A DNA stretch of 57,676 nt. It comes from a virus. Taxonomy: Duplodnaviria; Caudoviricetes. The notes beneath the pieces were generated by a model. That model saw only the letters and a list, made by a program, of their open reading frames with translations, had not been told where the DNA came from and did not search any database. Positions 1 through 10,460 of this stretch are shown here, piece after piece. The translations under genes were made by a program, and so were the position numbers. Location of the stretch: positions 1 through 57,676 of IMG/VR virus record IMGVR_UViG_3300037760_000045; one strand, 5' to 3'. Positions within the stretch are counted from its first letter, which is position 1. The number at the start of each line of letters is the position of its first letter.

Positions 1-127
1 ATAAACGACTCTCAGGATGGGAACCCAGAGAAGTAACTGAGGTTGTCGAATGGACCGATGACGGTAAGCCGCTTAAGTGGGTAACGTCAAAGGAGGTTGA
101 ATGGGATGATGAAGAAAGGGATTTGTA
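1..127. repeat. Terminal direct repeat, identical to 57550-57676 (circular assembly overlap)
   Basis: ATAAACGACTCTCAGG...GGGATTTGTA is present at both ends; 127 nt is a common assembler k-mer length. Confidence 0.95.
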
Positions 128-371
128 TTTTGACTATCTGGAGGATTCCAGCGGAAGATGCCCTGGCTGTGACCATCTACTTGTAGAGTCCGCAGATACA
201 AACGCAGACCCGAATAACCCAGAGGCCAAATACAAATACCAGACTTCAAATCCGTTAGTCTGCTGGAGCTGTGAAGCTAAGCGCCATTCGACAGATGCAT
301 GGCGGAAGCAATGGCCGAATCTAGAGAAAGCAACGTTCTTCGCGGTAACGAGGAGAATTGAGAGGAGCTAA
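3..371 (+). CDS. C-terminal part of the frameshifted tail assembly chaperone (gpGT-like), continuing from 57468 across the junction
   Basis: Frame is open from the A-run at 57462-57468 through ...GISHKRLSGWEP...EWDDEERDLYFDY...CPGC...CWSC to the stop at 371; lies immediately before the tape measure gene. Confidence 0.8.
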   Translation, partial: KRLSGWEPREVTEVVEWTDDGKPLKWVTSKEVEWDDEERDLYFDYLEDSSGRCPGCDHLLVESADTNADPNNPEAKYKYQTSNPLVCWSCEAKRHSTDAWRKQWPNLEKATFFAVTRRIERS

Positions 372-372
372 C

Positions 373-3300
373 ATGGTCAGCCGGACAGTATCTACTAACC
401 TTGTGGCGAATGTTAGTGGTTATGTTGGTCCGGTAAATCAGGCCACGTTAGCAACTCAGCGCTTCTCTCAGCAGAGTTCACGAGGCTTAGCGAACGTCCG
501 TCAGGAAGCCCAGCAGGTCGGCATTGTTATGGCTGCAGCTGGGGCTGCCATTGGCGCCACGCTCTTCGCAGCTGGACGAGATGCTATTGCCTTTGAATCC
601 GCGCTCACAAAGTCGGTAACCCAGATCGGCGTATCCAGAGCCGAGATGGATCTGATGGGAGAGTCGGCTCTTCGGCTTACGGATGCTGGCCGTGGGCCGA
701 TTGAGCTGGCTGAATCCCTGTTCTTTGTGCAGTCAGCTGGGCAGCGTGGATCTGAAGCTCTTGCCACGGTAGAAGCATCGTCTAAAGCTAGCGCTATTGG
801 CCTTGGCGATACAGCGACGGTTGCGGATCTCGCGACCTCTGCGATGAATGCTTACGGTAGTGAGACGCTGGACGCTGCTCAGGCTACTGACATTATGCTT
901 GGAGCCGTCCGCGAGGGGAAGACTTCTGCGGAAGAGCTAGCCGGTTCACTGGGCCAGGTACTCCCGATTGCCAGTGAGATGGGAGTTACCTTTGATGAAG
1001 TCGGCGCGGCTGTAGCTGCAATGACCAGGACAGGCACGAACGCCTCAACGTCTGTTACTCAGCTACGCGCCATCCTAACTTCGCTCCTTAACCCTGCTCA
1101 GCAGAGCGAAGAGGCGATGTCAGAGCTGGGGATCTCTTCACAGGTACTCCGTGATGTTATTCAACAAGATGGCCTCTGGGCCGCAATGCAATTGCTGCGA
1201 GATTCTATTGGCGGGAATGACGCTGCTCTGGGTAAGATCCTCCCGAACGTGCGCGCTCTTGCGGGATTTCTAGACCTCACAGGGGCGAACGCTGCGGAGA
1301 ATGAGCAGATATTCGCCAGGATGACTGATACGGTCGGCTTGACCGATGATGCTTTCGATGAATGGTCTAAGACCACCGAAGCCTCTCAAGCCAGGTTCTC
1401 TGCGTCTATGGAGGCTGCTCGGATCTCCCTGGGCGAGAACCTTCTACCTGTGTTGCGGTTTTTCCTAGATACAGGCGCCAGTATTGCCAACACGTTTACA
1501 GATCTCAGCGGGCCAACCCAGACATTTACGGCTTTCGCCGCCGCCGCTCTTGCAGTCGTTCTCACTCTGGGTGGCGGCTTCCTTATCCTGGCACCGCGAA
1601 TCGTGGCCACGAGAGCAGCTCTCGCTACGCTAGCGGCCACAGCGCCCAGGGCAACGACCGCTCTTACCCTCATGGGTCGCGCAGCGGGAGCGAGCCTAGG
1701 AGCGCTTGCGATCCTGGCGATTGCTGCTGAGAAGTTCGGGCGTTCCTCTGGAGATCTTGCCCTAGGTGTAAATGAGCTAGCCGAATCATTTGAGCGGCTA
1801 GAGCAGGGTGAAGTTGACAAGAACCTAGAACGCATTCGCCAGGCGTTCGATGACATGGACAATACGGTCACGCTATTGAGTGTGACCTTTGCTACAGACT
1901 TTAGCAATGGCTTTGGATCGGGTACTAAGCGATCTAATGAGATGAAAGACGCAATCCAGTCTCTTGACTCGGCTATGGCGCAAATGGTGACAAGTGGCGA
2001 TATTGAGTCAACAGAGGATGCGATATCACTTCTCGCAGAGGCCACTGGTAGATCCGAAGAGGAGATGGAAGGCCTCATTGAAAATATGCCGCTGCTGCGA
2101 GATGCGATCGCAGGAGCAGGCGATGAGGCGGGTACCGCAGAGGCTGAGTTTGATCTACTTGAAGATGAGCTTGGTGAGCTAGAGGAACAGACCTCTGCGG
2201 CAGATGAAAGGCTCCAGGCCTATCTGGATACAATACGTGGTGCGACCGATCCTGTATTCGCTCTTTTGGATGCGGTTCTCGCAGTGGAGGAGGCAGACCG
2301 TGCCGGTGAAGACGCGCTGCGCGATCTCAGGCGAGCCCAGGAAGATCTTGATGAGACTCGTGGCGACAGCGAGGCATCTGCGAGAGATCTAGAGGACGCT
2401 GAAAGAGCAGTAGAGGATGCCGAGAGGGCTGTTGAGGATGCAGCTGTTGATGAAGCTCGTGCCCTTGCCGATTTAGAAGAGCAAGCCCTTAACAGTGAAA
2501 TCTCCTTTGAAGACTTTGAGGCCAAGCTCAAGACATGGGTTGAGCAAGGCAAGCTCACCAAAGAGGAAGCAGAGGATATTCGTGACCGCGTAAAGGAAGC
2601 AAGGGAAGAAGCAGAAGACTTCAAGGATGACTATGTTGCCACATTCAAGCAAGAAGGCATTGACCGTGTAAATGAAAAGATGCAGGCGCTTGAGGAAGGG
2701 CTCAGGGGATTCCCCACAGAGATCGAGACCAAGATCAATGCGGTTGTCTCTGGAATCAAATCTGCATTTGCGGGCGGTGGTCCTGTAATTGGGGCCGGTA
2801 CTGGCACAAGCGACTCGATTGATGCGCGCCTTTCCAACGGTGAGCATGTGTGGACCGCTGCGGAGGTAGCTGCGGCAGGCGGCCATATGCGTGTTATGGC
2901 TATGCGACAAGCCGCTCTTGCACAAGGCGGGCCATTAACAAGTGTCACTGTTAAGGCTACTTCTAATGACTTTGACTTTACAGACTTCCTTGACGATGCG
3001 TCTAGCGATATTGCGAATCGGCATGGAGCGAGCGGACGCGTTCTGCCCCCTGGCTCCTACAGGATCGGCAGGGGCAGCGCTGGACATGGCTATGGCGCTC
3101 TAGACCTCCCTGCGCCCACTGGAACGCCGGTGTTCTCGGTAGCTACCGGGGTTGTGTCCCGTGCCCTTAGACTGGGCTATAGCTACGGCGTACACGCCTT
3201 TATCAACCACGCTGGAGAGCGTCAGTCTCGATACGCTCACCTATCAGCTCTCGCAGTGGGAGCTGGCGATGTCGTTCGTGCCGGGCAGATGATTGGCCGT

Positions 3301-3687
3301 GTGGGATCTACTGGCAACAGCACAGGGCCTCACCTCCACTATGAGGATCTAATCGGTGGAGTGCGCAGGCGTCCTGAGAACCTTGGCATTTTCGATAGCG
3401 GAGGTATCCTGCCTAGCGGCGGGGCGGCTATCAATCTGTCTGGACATCCTGAATTGGTGCTAGGCCCAACGGATACCGCGAACATTATGCGGCCGCTGCG
3501 AGGTAGTGCTCATGGTGGATCCAGTAGCGCAAATCCAATAGCGTCGAATACTATGCCTGATCGATTTGTAGCTACTGCAACTATTGATTTAGGCGAGGGT
3601 ATTACCAGGCGTGTGGATCTGGCATTTGAACGACATGATGGTGAAATATTGAACGCTATTAGTACTGGCGTGGGGAGGGCATTATGA
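373..3687 (+). CDS. Tape measure protein with C-terminal M23 peptidase domain
   Basis: ~1100 aa, Ala-rich helical; TP901-type tape-measure N-region; hydrophobic stretch; M23 motifs H-x4-D (HGYGALD), YAHLS, STGPHLHYE; GAGGAG RBS before ATG 373. Confidence 0.93.
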   Translation: MVSRTVSTNLVANVSGYVGPVNQATLATQRFSQQSSRGLANVRQEAQQVGIVMAAAGAAIGATLFAAGRDAIAFESALTKSVTQIGVSRAEMDLMGESALRLTDAGRGPIELAESLFFVQSAGQRGSEALATVEASSKASAIGLGDTATVADLATSAMNAYGSETLDAAQATDIMLGAVREGKTSAEELAGSLGQVLPIASEMGVTFDEVGAAVAAMTRTGTNASTSVTQLRAILTSLLNPAQQSEEAMSELGISSQVLRDVIQQDGLWAAMQLLRDSIGGNDAALGKILPNVRALAGFLDLTGANAAENEQIFARMTDTVGLTDDAFDEWSKTTEASQARFSASMEAARISLGENLLPVLRFFLDTGASIANTFTDLSGPTQTFTAFAAAALAVVLTLGGGFLILAPRIVATRAALATLAATAPRATTALTLMGRAAGASLGALAILAIAAEKFGRSSGDLALGVNELAESFERLEQGEVDKNLERIRQAFDDMDNTVTLLSVTFATDFSNGFGSGTKRSNEMKDAIQSLDSAMAQMVTSGDIESTEDAISLLAEATGRSEEEMEGLIENMPLLRDAIAGAGDEAGTAEAEFDLLEDELGELEEQTSAADERLQAYLDTIRGATDPVFALLDAVLAVEEADRAGEDALRDLRRAQEDLDETRGDSEASARDLEDAERAVEDAERAVEDAAVDEARALADLEEQALNSEISFEDFEAKLKTWVEQGKLTKEEAEDIRDRVKEAREEAEDFKDDYVATFKQEGIDRVNEKMQALEEGLRGFPTEIETKINAVVSGIKSAFAGGGPVIGAGTGTSDSIDARLSNGEHVWTAAEVAAAGGHMRVMAMRQAALAQGGPLTSVTVKATSNDFDFTDFLDDASSDIANRHGASGRVLPPGSYRIGRGSAGHGYGALDLPAPTGTPVFSVATGVVSRALRLGYSYGVHAFINHAGERQSRYAHLSALAVGAGDVVRAGQMIGRVGSTGNSTGPHLHYEDLIGGVRRRPENLGIFDSGGILPSGGAAINLSGHPELVLGPTDTANIMRPLRGSAHGGSSSANPIASNTMPDRFVATATIDLGEGITRRVDLAFERHDGEILNAISTGVGRAL

Positions 3688-5102
3688 CAATTGGCCTTAC
3701 ATATAATGATGATATATCTCGTGTGCAGATAGCGCTATCTGACATTGAGGATGTCGATGTCAAAGTTGAACAATCTACTAATGAGCTATTTTGGCAGACG
3801 GTTCGTGGCGGAGTATCAATACCAATTTCTGGCGGTATTGCTAATTTGGACGACTTTGAATTTGCAGCTGATCGTGAAAACTTTTACAGGGTTGCTGCTG
3901 TTACATCAGGGTTGTTGCTAGATGGCACTTCTGGCAATTACGCGTCCACACCGGATCATGCGTCGCTGGATATCACTGGGGATCTGGATCTGCGGGCCGA
4001 GATAACACCAGACACGTGGGTTTCGGGCGACTTTCAGACCATCGCAGCGAAGTATCTTACGACCGGAAACCAGCGATCATGGTTCTTTCAGGTCACGAGC
4101 ACTGGCCAGCTACGTATCTTCTGGTCTCCTGACGGCACTTCCGGTGTCGAGTCTGCTACTACGACATTGTTTGATGTTCCCGAGGGTGGGGTCCGTCGGG
4201 CCGTGCGGATGACGCTTGATGTCAGCACCGGCGACGTGGTGTTCTATGAGGCTGACGGCTTGGCGGGGCCGTGGTCGGTTATCCAGACGGTTACCGGCTC
4301 GGGAGTCACATCGATCTTCAACAGCACGGCAGAGCTGGAGGTCGGGTTTCACAGCAGCGGCGCAAGCTCCCCCTTTATCGGAGTTGTGCATGCAATGGAG
4401 GTGCGGGATGGCATCAACGGCACTGAGGTCGCCAATCCTGATTTCGCTACGCAAGTGATGGGTGCTGGATCATTCACTGACGATGCCGGGAAACTGTGGA
4501 CGATAAATGGCGATGCGTTTATTGCGGGCACCGAGTCGGACTCGATTACGCCAATCTTGAGTGAACTAGAGCCTGGACAAGCATGGCTTAAGTCAACTCG
4601 ATTCTCTTCTTTGAATCGAATTGTACGGCTACAGGATTACTCCGACATTGCAATTCAGGGTAGCGCTAATGTCTCGCGTATTGTAGGGCGATCATTCCCA
4701 AGTGGTACGACTGATGTGTCACTCGGATCTACGTACAATATCACCTTCAATGCTAGTGATTTAGATGAGAGTAAGTATCTGTCTCTTACTCTCGCTCTTG
4801 GAGATGTTTTCTATCTGCAATTCCGGCCTGATCACTGCGTTGAACTCCCGCCAAAGTCTTTGTATTTCATTGTCAGTGAACAGTCCATGTCTAGACCAGG
4901 AGTCATGGAAGAGAGGCGATGGATCAGTACTGCAATCATAGAGATGGCTAGACCGTCTCCCGTTATTGTTAGCTCCACTTTGATATGGGGTACTGTGTTC
5001 AATTTGTATGCAGACTGGAATTCATTGTTGAATGCGAATTCATCCTGGGACCCATTGCTTTCAACAGTTGGAAGCGTTAATGATTTGGTGGTGTTACCCT
5101 GA
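3684..5102 (+). CDS. Distal tail (Dit-like) protein with inserted LamG/concanavalin-like module
   Basis: First gene after the tape measure; central segment (YASTPDHASLDITGDLDLRAE...IFNSTAELEVG...FIGVVHAMEV) resembles a LamG-like beta-sandwich. Confidence 0.65.
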   Translation: MTIGLTYNDDISRVQIALSDIEDVDVKVEQSTNELFWQTVRGGVSIPISGGIANLDDFEFAADRENFYRVAAVTSGLLLDGTSGNYASTPDHASLDITGDLDLRAEITPDTWVSGDFQTIAAKYLTTGNQRSWFFQVTSTGQLRIFWSPDGTSGVESATTTLFDVPEGGVRRAVRMTLDVSTGDVVFYEADGLAGPWSVIQTVTGSGVTSIFNSTAELEVGFHSSGASSPFIGVVHAMEVRDGINGTEVANPDFATQVMGAGSFTDDAGKLWTINGDAFIAGTESDSITPILSELEPGQAWLKSTRFSSLNRIVRLQDYSDIAIQGSANVSRIVGRSFPSGTTDVSLGSTYNITFNASDLDESKYLSLTLALGDVFYLQFRPDHCVELPPKSLYFIVSEQSMSRPGVMEERRWISTAIIEMARPSPVIVSSTLIWGTVFNLYADWNSLLNANSSWDPLLSTVGSVNDLVVLP

Positions 5103-5869
5103 TGGCTGCAACTCCGATATATCAGTTTCCAATGGAGGTCAGATCTGAACCTCCAGGGCATACACTCCGTGTTGATGACACTTTCTCCCCCGACACCCTC
5201 GCGGAGAAGGTGGAGGAGGAACTTTCGCGCGTTGACAATGACGTATCAGATCTCCAGAATCGCATGGCGTTAATGGAGGCTGGTACGTCGATGCTGGGAT
5301 GGGTGCCAATCCAGAATGGTAGTAATCCAGGGGCGTCATTCTTTGATATTGATTTGACTGATGGCGGTCGGTTCCCAACTGGTGAATTTGATCTTGTGCG
5401 GTTACACCTGCGTTATGATCTTGATGCAGTTGGAGGCGTGTATGCCCGAATCAACAATGATCAAGGCCCAAGCAATAGCGCATATAGCTGGGCCCAGCGT
5501 ACGCAGGATGCGGAGAACCCGGCTACAGATATTACAGAGTTCCCAATAACTGCTGCCAGACTAGGGCAGGATGTTCTATCTGATAGCCCTGGAGCTCCAA
5601 GTTGGCGAATTGGATGGGGTGGTACTGTTTCAACCAATAATCTCATATGTGAATTCTTCCATATGAATGGGGCGAATATGCACAGCTTTCAGTCAATGAG
5701 TAATAGGCAATCGACATCGCCTACAACTACAGCATTCTCAATGAACTGGGGCGCTTTGGTTTCAGGTCTTTCCGCTGCGCCCTCTACCATACGGATGTTA
5801 GCTGCGGGAGGAGCGGCGGAATTTGCCCAGGCCTGGTGGTGGGTAGAAGGCTATAGGGTTGGAGCATGA
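5102..5869 (+). CDS. Minor tail protein
   Basis: Position in tail module; overlapping stop/start codons; short coiled coil followed by a beta-rich domain. Confidence 0.55.
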   Translation: MAATPIYQFPMEVRSEPPGHTLRVDDTFSPDTLAEKVEEELSRVDNDVSDLQNRMALMEAGTSMLGWVPIQNGSNPGASFFDIDLTDGGRFPTGEFDLVRLHLRYDLDAVGGVYARINNDQGPSNSAYSWAQRTQDAENPATDITEFPITAARLGQDVLSDSPGAPSWRIGWGGTVSTNNLICEFFHMNGANMHSFQSMSNRQSTSPTTTAFSMNWGALVSGLSAAPSTIRMLAAGGAAEFAQAWWWVEGYRVGA

Positions 5870-8274
5870 GCGTTGTCAATATGGTTGTAGGCGCGACTAC
5901 GCCAAACGGCGCGACGTTTGTCGCCAAGGTCGATGGCGGTGGCCCTGTTAGAGTTGTAGTCGCTGACAACCCTAGTATGACCAGCCCGGTGTTTACTAGC
6001 TCGCAGGCGGTCGACGCGCAAGGCGTCGCCAAGGTTAGCATTAGCAACCGTACTGCCAGTACTCGTTACTGGTGGCAGGTTGAAGACAATTCAGTACTAG
6101 ACACCTCTGTGACGGGGCAATTTCTGACCCACCCGCTGTTGGGTCTGCCTACTGGATTTACAATTGGCTTTGCTTCTTGTGCGGGCACTACCCCTGATTT
6201 CCCTGGCGATGCAGGAGGAGAATTAGCCGCAGACAGGCTGAGTAATAGCCCTGTTTTTGATACCATTCGCCAACAAGCTATAGACGATGACTGGCTTGAA
6301 TTTGTGTCCATGGGCGACAAGGACTATTACGACCTGGGATCTAATCTTCATGGCATTGTCGGTGGCGGATCGCTGGCGAACTATCGCGCAAGCTATGATG
6401 ACGTGCTGGCGCAGACGAATCAGGCTGGGCTGTACCGTGAGGTGGCCCTGTCCTATGTGTGGGACGACCACGACTATGGCCCTAATAACTCAGATGGCAC
6501 CCACGTCGACAAAGCGAACGTCGCGACTGTCTACCGTGAACGAGTACCACATAATCCACTGCCCGATTCAGATTCCATCTATCAGAATTTTCAGGTTGGC
6601 CGGATTCTCTTTGTCTTGCTGGATAGCCGCTTTGAGCGTTCTCCCAATAGTGATTTAGACAATGACAATAAGACCATGCTAGGCGCGGCACAAAAAGCAT
6701 GGTTAGAGAATCTGCTAGATACTACAAGTGCAGAATTTCTCGTATTGGTATCGCCATCTGTTTGGTTAGCCTCATCAGGATCAGATACATGGGCCAGCTT
6801 TAGCACCGAACGGGATGCATTAGTTGCAATGCTGCTGGAGAAGAATTGGCTGCATCGCATGTGCATGGTCTTTGGCGATAGGCATGCGATAGGAATTGAG
6901 TCTGGTGCGCACAACCAATGGGGTGGCTTCCCTGTTCTTATGGCTGCATCCTTAGACTCCAGTCCTAGTGAAGGAGATCTAGGAGGAGGTACATTTGATG
7001 TACTGCCGAGTACTGGCGGGCGTGGCCAGTATGGGACGCTTACGGTAGTAGACATTGGGTCTTCAATTCAGATTACAATGACAGCTTGGAAAGATGGAGT
7101 CGAATTAGGCTCGCATTCTTTTGGTATTACCCTTCAAGCTGGGCCTACTGCCGTGGCTACTATTTCAGAGGCAATTACAGGCCCGCATAGAGCAGTATTC
7201 GAGGCTCGTATCGTAGAGGAGTTTCAGACCGGAGATGATCCTGATGGGACAATCATTCCATTGATTGATGGGAGCGTTAGCTTCAATGGAGATGATGACA
7301 TATTCGGATCCGCTAATGTTGTAACAAAAGGATTCGATGATATCTTGCAGGGGATGTTCCCACGCAGCCACAGGGACTTACTTTCTCCATATGGTAATGA
7401 GGTATTTCTGAGGCGCGGAGTAGATGTTGGATCTCACATCATATGGGTGCCACTCGGCTATTTCACCCTGTATACCCCTTCCCAATCTCCCAGTAGTGAT
7501 AGCGATATAGCAATTGACTGTCTCGATCGTATGGCAGGTATTGTTGATGGTTGGCTAATCAACCCTGTCATGTTCAGACCGAATCAAACATATGACACTG
7601 TGGTTCGTGAACTAGTAGCCGATATATATCCGGATGCAGCTATCACTTTCGATGATAGCTCAGGGCAACAGAAAATTGGTCGCCAAATCATTGTTGAGCG
7701 AGATCGATATGCCATCATTAGAGAGATTGCAGATTCATTAGCGAAGATTGTTTATTTTGATGGCGAGGGAGTCTTGCGATTCGAGGACATCCCTGATGAC
7801 GATGATGTTACATGGGAGATTAAGGGCGGCGCGAATGGAGCGCATGCTGAGATGTCCCGGCATGTTACACGCAGGGGTATGGCTAATGGAGTTGTAGTAA
7901 CGGGAGAGGGAACAACCTCACTGCCAACGCGTGGTGTTGCTGTTGACCTTGGCCCGAATAGCCCGACTCGTTGGGGTGGACGGTTTGGCAAGGTACCATT
8001 CCCATACTCATCTCCTTTATTTGCAACTAATGAACAGTGCCGGAAAGCTGCGGTAACTCTTCTTCGGAAGAGAATTGGAATGCCATATCAGATAAACTTT
8101 GGATCGGTTACGAATCCTGCCCTCCGCCCATATCAATTGGGCCGCATTCAACAGGAGGATGGGACAAGAGAGAAGCACCGTATCCAATCTTGCACCATAC
8201 CGTTAATCAGCAATCGCAACATGACAGGATCCACTAAGCAACAACTCGATGTGTCAATAGGGGATCTACCATGA
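5866..8274 (+). CDS. Minor tail protein: PhoD-like metallophosphoesterase fused to a tail hub (DUF5047/Tal-like) domain
   Basis: PhoD-type motifs FASC, GDxxYxD, WDDHD, LLDSRFERS, TMLGAAQKAWL, GDRH in the N-half; hub-like C-half (LLSPYGNEVFLRRG, NGVVVTGE, SPTRWGGRFGKVP). Confidence 0.8.
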   Translation: MSVVNMVVGATTPNGATFVAKVDGGGPVRVVVADNPSMTSPVFTSSQAVDAQGVAKVSISNRTASTRYWWQVEDNSVLDTSVTGQFLTHPLLGLPTGFTIGFASCAGTTPDFPGDAGGELAADRLSNSPVFDTIRQQAIDDDWLEFVSMGDKDYYDLGSNLHGIVGGGSLANYRASYDDVLAQTNQAGLYREVALSYVWDDHDYGPNNSDGTHVDKANVATVYRERVPHNPLPDSDSIYQNFQVGRILFVLLDSRFERSPNSDLDNDNKTMLGAAQKAWLENLLDTTSAEFLVLVSPSVWLASSGSDTWASFSTERDALVAMLLEKNWLHRMCMVFGDRHAIGIESGAHNQWGGFPVLMAASLDSSPSEGDLGGGTFDVLPSTGGRGQYGTLTVVDIGSSIQITMTAWKDGVELGSHSFGITLQAGPTAVATISEAITGPHRAVFEARIVEEFQTGDDPDGTIIPLIDGSVSFNGDDDIFGSANVVTKGFDDILQGMFPRSHRDLLSPYGNEVFLRRGVDVGSHIIWVPLGYFTLYTPSQSPSSDSDIAIDCLDRMAGIVDGWLINPVMFRPNQTYDTVVRELVADIYPDAAITFDDSSGQQKIGRQIIVERDRYAIIREIADSLAKIVYFDGEGVLRFEDIPDDDDVTWEIKGGANGAHAEMSRHVTRRGMANGVVVTGEGTTSLPTRGVAVDLGPNSPTRWGGRFGKVPFPYSSPLFATNEQCRKAAVTLLRKRIGMPYQINFGSVTNPALRPYQLGRIQQEDGTREKHRIQSCTIPLISNRNMTGSTKQQLDVSIGDLP

Positions 8275-9251
8275 ACATGAGTAAAGATCTAGCAGCAGCA
8301 ATCATACAGCCGCTTCCAGGGGCATCTCGAATTGGCACTGTGGCTGCGAGATCGGTCCGATTTGGACAAGGCACAGTCGTGGCATGGAACTCTAGTACTT
8401 TTGAGAATGCTATTAAGTGGCAGGAACAAGTACTTGATGATCTTCCAATCCTGTCTAGTATTGAGGCGCTTGCAATATCGCCAGGTGAAGAAGTTAGCTT
8501 GTTGATTTTTGATGGTGCTGGACGTGGTGGTGCAACTAGCTTAGTAATACTTGGACGATGGATTGTTCCGGGTGGTAGTGAATTTGGCAATCCAATTCCT
8601 CCTGAGCTATCTGCTAGTGTTATAAATTGTGACGTGTTAAATGCTGATGCAATAAATGTTGGTGGTCTGACACTTGACGAGTATATACAGGAACGTGTTA
8701 CGGAACAAGTACCAGACAGCGATCCCGACCCGCCGCCCGGTGGATCAGTCAAAATGACAGAGACCTATCCAGCTATATGGTCACAGGCATATCAGGGAGA
8801 TAACAGCAAGAACACATTCAATCCTGATCCTGCACAGGGATATTTTAGCAGTACCAATGGAAACCAGAGGTCTCTTATTGGCTTCAGTTCATCAGCAATT
8901 CAATCTGGCCTATCTGCGGCTACTGAAGTAACAAAAGTGGAAGTGTATCTATATTTCGACCATTGGTATTTCAACTCTGGCGGTACTGCAATTATTGGTC
9001 ATCACGGACACAATAGCGAGCCGTCTTCATTTTCAGCCACTACTGATCAGGTGAGATCTAGTGGCTGGCCAAAGCCTGGCGGACGCTGGGTTACCTACAA
9101 TGTAGGCAACGGAGATTGGGCGACTGGTGCCAAGCGAGGAATATCAATTGGGCCAGGCCCTAGCACTAGCAAAGAGTATTATGGAAGAGCAAGAGGTTAC
9201 AATGAAAGCGCTCCTCCCAGATTAAGAATTACATGGAATGAGCCTGAATAG
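8271..9251 (+). CDS. Minor tail protein / candidate receptor-binding protein
   Basis: Last tail gene; Pro/Gly linker (DPDPPPGGS) then a beta-rich, aromatic C-terminal domain ending PRLRITW. Confidence 0.6.
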   Translation: MNMSKDLAAAIIQPLPGASRIGTVAARSVRFGQGTVVAWNSSTFENAIKWQEQVLDDLPILSSIEALAISPGEEVSLLIFDGAGRGGATSLVILGRWIVPGGSEFGNPIPPELSASVINCDVLNADAINVGGLTLDEYIQERVTEQVPDSDPDPPPGGSVKMTETYPAIWSQAYQGDNSKNTFNPDPAQGYFSSTNGNQRSLIGFSSSAIQSGLSAATEVTKVEVYLYFDHWYFNSGGTAIIGHHGHNSEPSSFSATTDQVRSSGWPKPGGRWVTYNVGNGDWATGAKRGISIGPGPSTSKEYYGRARGYNESAPPRLRITWNEPE

Positions 9252-9275
9252 GTAGGATTAAGGCGAGGAGGAACC

Positions 9276-9428
9276 ATGACACAGCTTCCGATAGTCGATG
9301 GGCCACCCCGGAATGGGAGGTTCATTGAGCACTATGAGCTTGGGTTGACACCAAAGGAGGTCGCAGACGGCAACGCTCTTGGCGAGTCCATCGACCTTGA
9401 CAATGATGAGGATGCAGGCGATGTCTAA
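9276..9428 (+). CDS. Small acidic protein (50 aa) upstream of the endolysin
   Basis: GAGGAGG RBS; MTQLPIVDG...DEDAGDV*; stop overlaps the lysin start region; absent from the ORF track. Confidence 0.6.
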   Translation: MTQLPIVDGPPRNGRFIEHYELGLTPKEVADGNALGESIDLDNDEDAGDV

Positions 9429-10440
9429 GACTCAGGCCCTCGTTGTAGCTCGCAGCCTTGAAACTGCGCTCCTAGATCACGGCGTCAAGAAGGTCTCCAT
9501 AGAGCTCCAGCAGGGCCGTCCAGGAACGCCAAACAATCGGTGGTGGGATAAACGTTTCATCGGATGCCTGGGGCACCACATCGTTTCCACCCGCAGCCAA
9601 GGCCTGACTCCTGGACTAGCACTTATCAAGCGTGGGCGTAGCGACGTCCCTGGGCCACTCGCTAACGGCTATGGCGGGTTTGATGAGGTAGCGAGAATCA
9701 TCTGCATGGGATGGGCGAACCATCCTGGTCTAGGAGGTCCGCTGTGGACGCCTAGCGGAACCATCCCAAGGAACAACGGACGCCCTTACCTATTCGGCTG
9801 GGAGCACGAGGGTGGTGTTCGTCTCTCAGACTGGACTGATTCGTTCCGGGAGTTTATGGGCCGCTGCCACGCTGGAACTCTTGACTGGCTGGGAGTTGAT
9901 GAACGCTCTTACGGTGAGCACCTTACGTGGGCTCCCGGCAGGAAAATTGACAGGCTCAAGTACACCACATCATCTGGTCGCGCAGAGGCGCGCCGATACC
10001 TCAACGAGGAGATTGAAGACGACATGTTCACTGACGAGGATCGAGAGCTGCTGGAGCGGCTGAACAGCGTCGTGTGCTCCAACAGCGACACCAAAGCCTT
10101 ACGCCCAGACGCCGACAGCACGTCCGGTTTGCGGTACGCCATACAGCGGATCTGGAACGACACCTACGGCAGCGGCAAGCACGACGCCAAGATGGCAGAG
10201 CAGATGCAGGCACTACTGGACGCACAGGACGGTCTGGACACCGCTGCTGTTCTGGCTCGCATCGACCAGCGTCATGCAGAGGCAGCCGCAGAGCGAGACA
10301 CACTGATGGAGCGTACAGATACGCTCGCTGCCGCTTTGGATGGCATTGTTGGCCTACTCAGCCAGCACGCCGACGGCACGCTGCTCGCCGAGGACGTGGT
10401 GCGCAAGATCGGTGAAAAGCTTTCTAGCAACTCCTCCTAG
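9421..10440 (+). CDS. Endolysin, N-acetylmuramoyl-L-alanine amidase (Amidase_2-like)
   Basis: Motifs GHH, GRSDVPGPLAN, WANHPG, GWEHE, EHLTWAPGRKID; helical C-terminus; position after tail genes. Confidence 0.85.
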   Translation: MSKTQALVVARSLETALLDHGVKKVSIELQQGRPGTPNNRWWDKRFIGCLGHHIVSTRSQGLTPGLALIKRGRSDVPGPLANGYGGFDEVARIICMGWANHPGLGGPLWTPSGTIPRNNGRPYLFGWEHEGGVRLSDWTDSFREFMGRCHAGTLDWLGVDERSYGEHLTWAPGRKIDRLKYTTSSGRAEARRYLNEEIEDDMFTDEDRELLERLNSVVCSNSDTKALRPDADSTSGLRYAIQRIWNDTYGSGKHDAKMAEQMQALLDAQDGLDTAAVLARIDQRHAEAAAERDTLMERTDTLAAALDGIVGLLSQHADGTLLAEDVVRKIGEKLSSNSS

Positions 10441-10460
10441 TGAAGTCGTGAGTCCTGTGC

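Noticed and set aside
1-127. Biological terminal repeat
   Set aside because: The 127-nt length matches an assembler overlap and it falls inside a coding frame; true genome ends cannot be inferred from it
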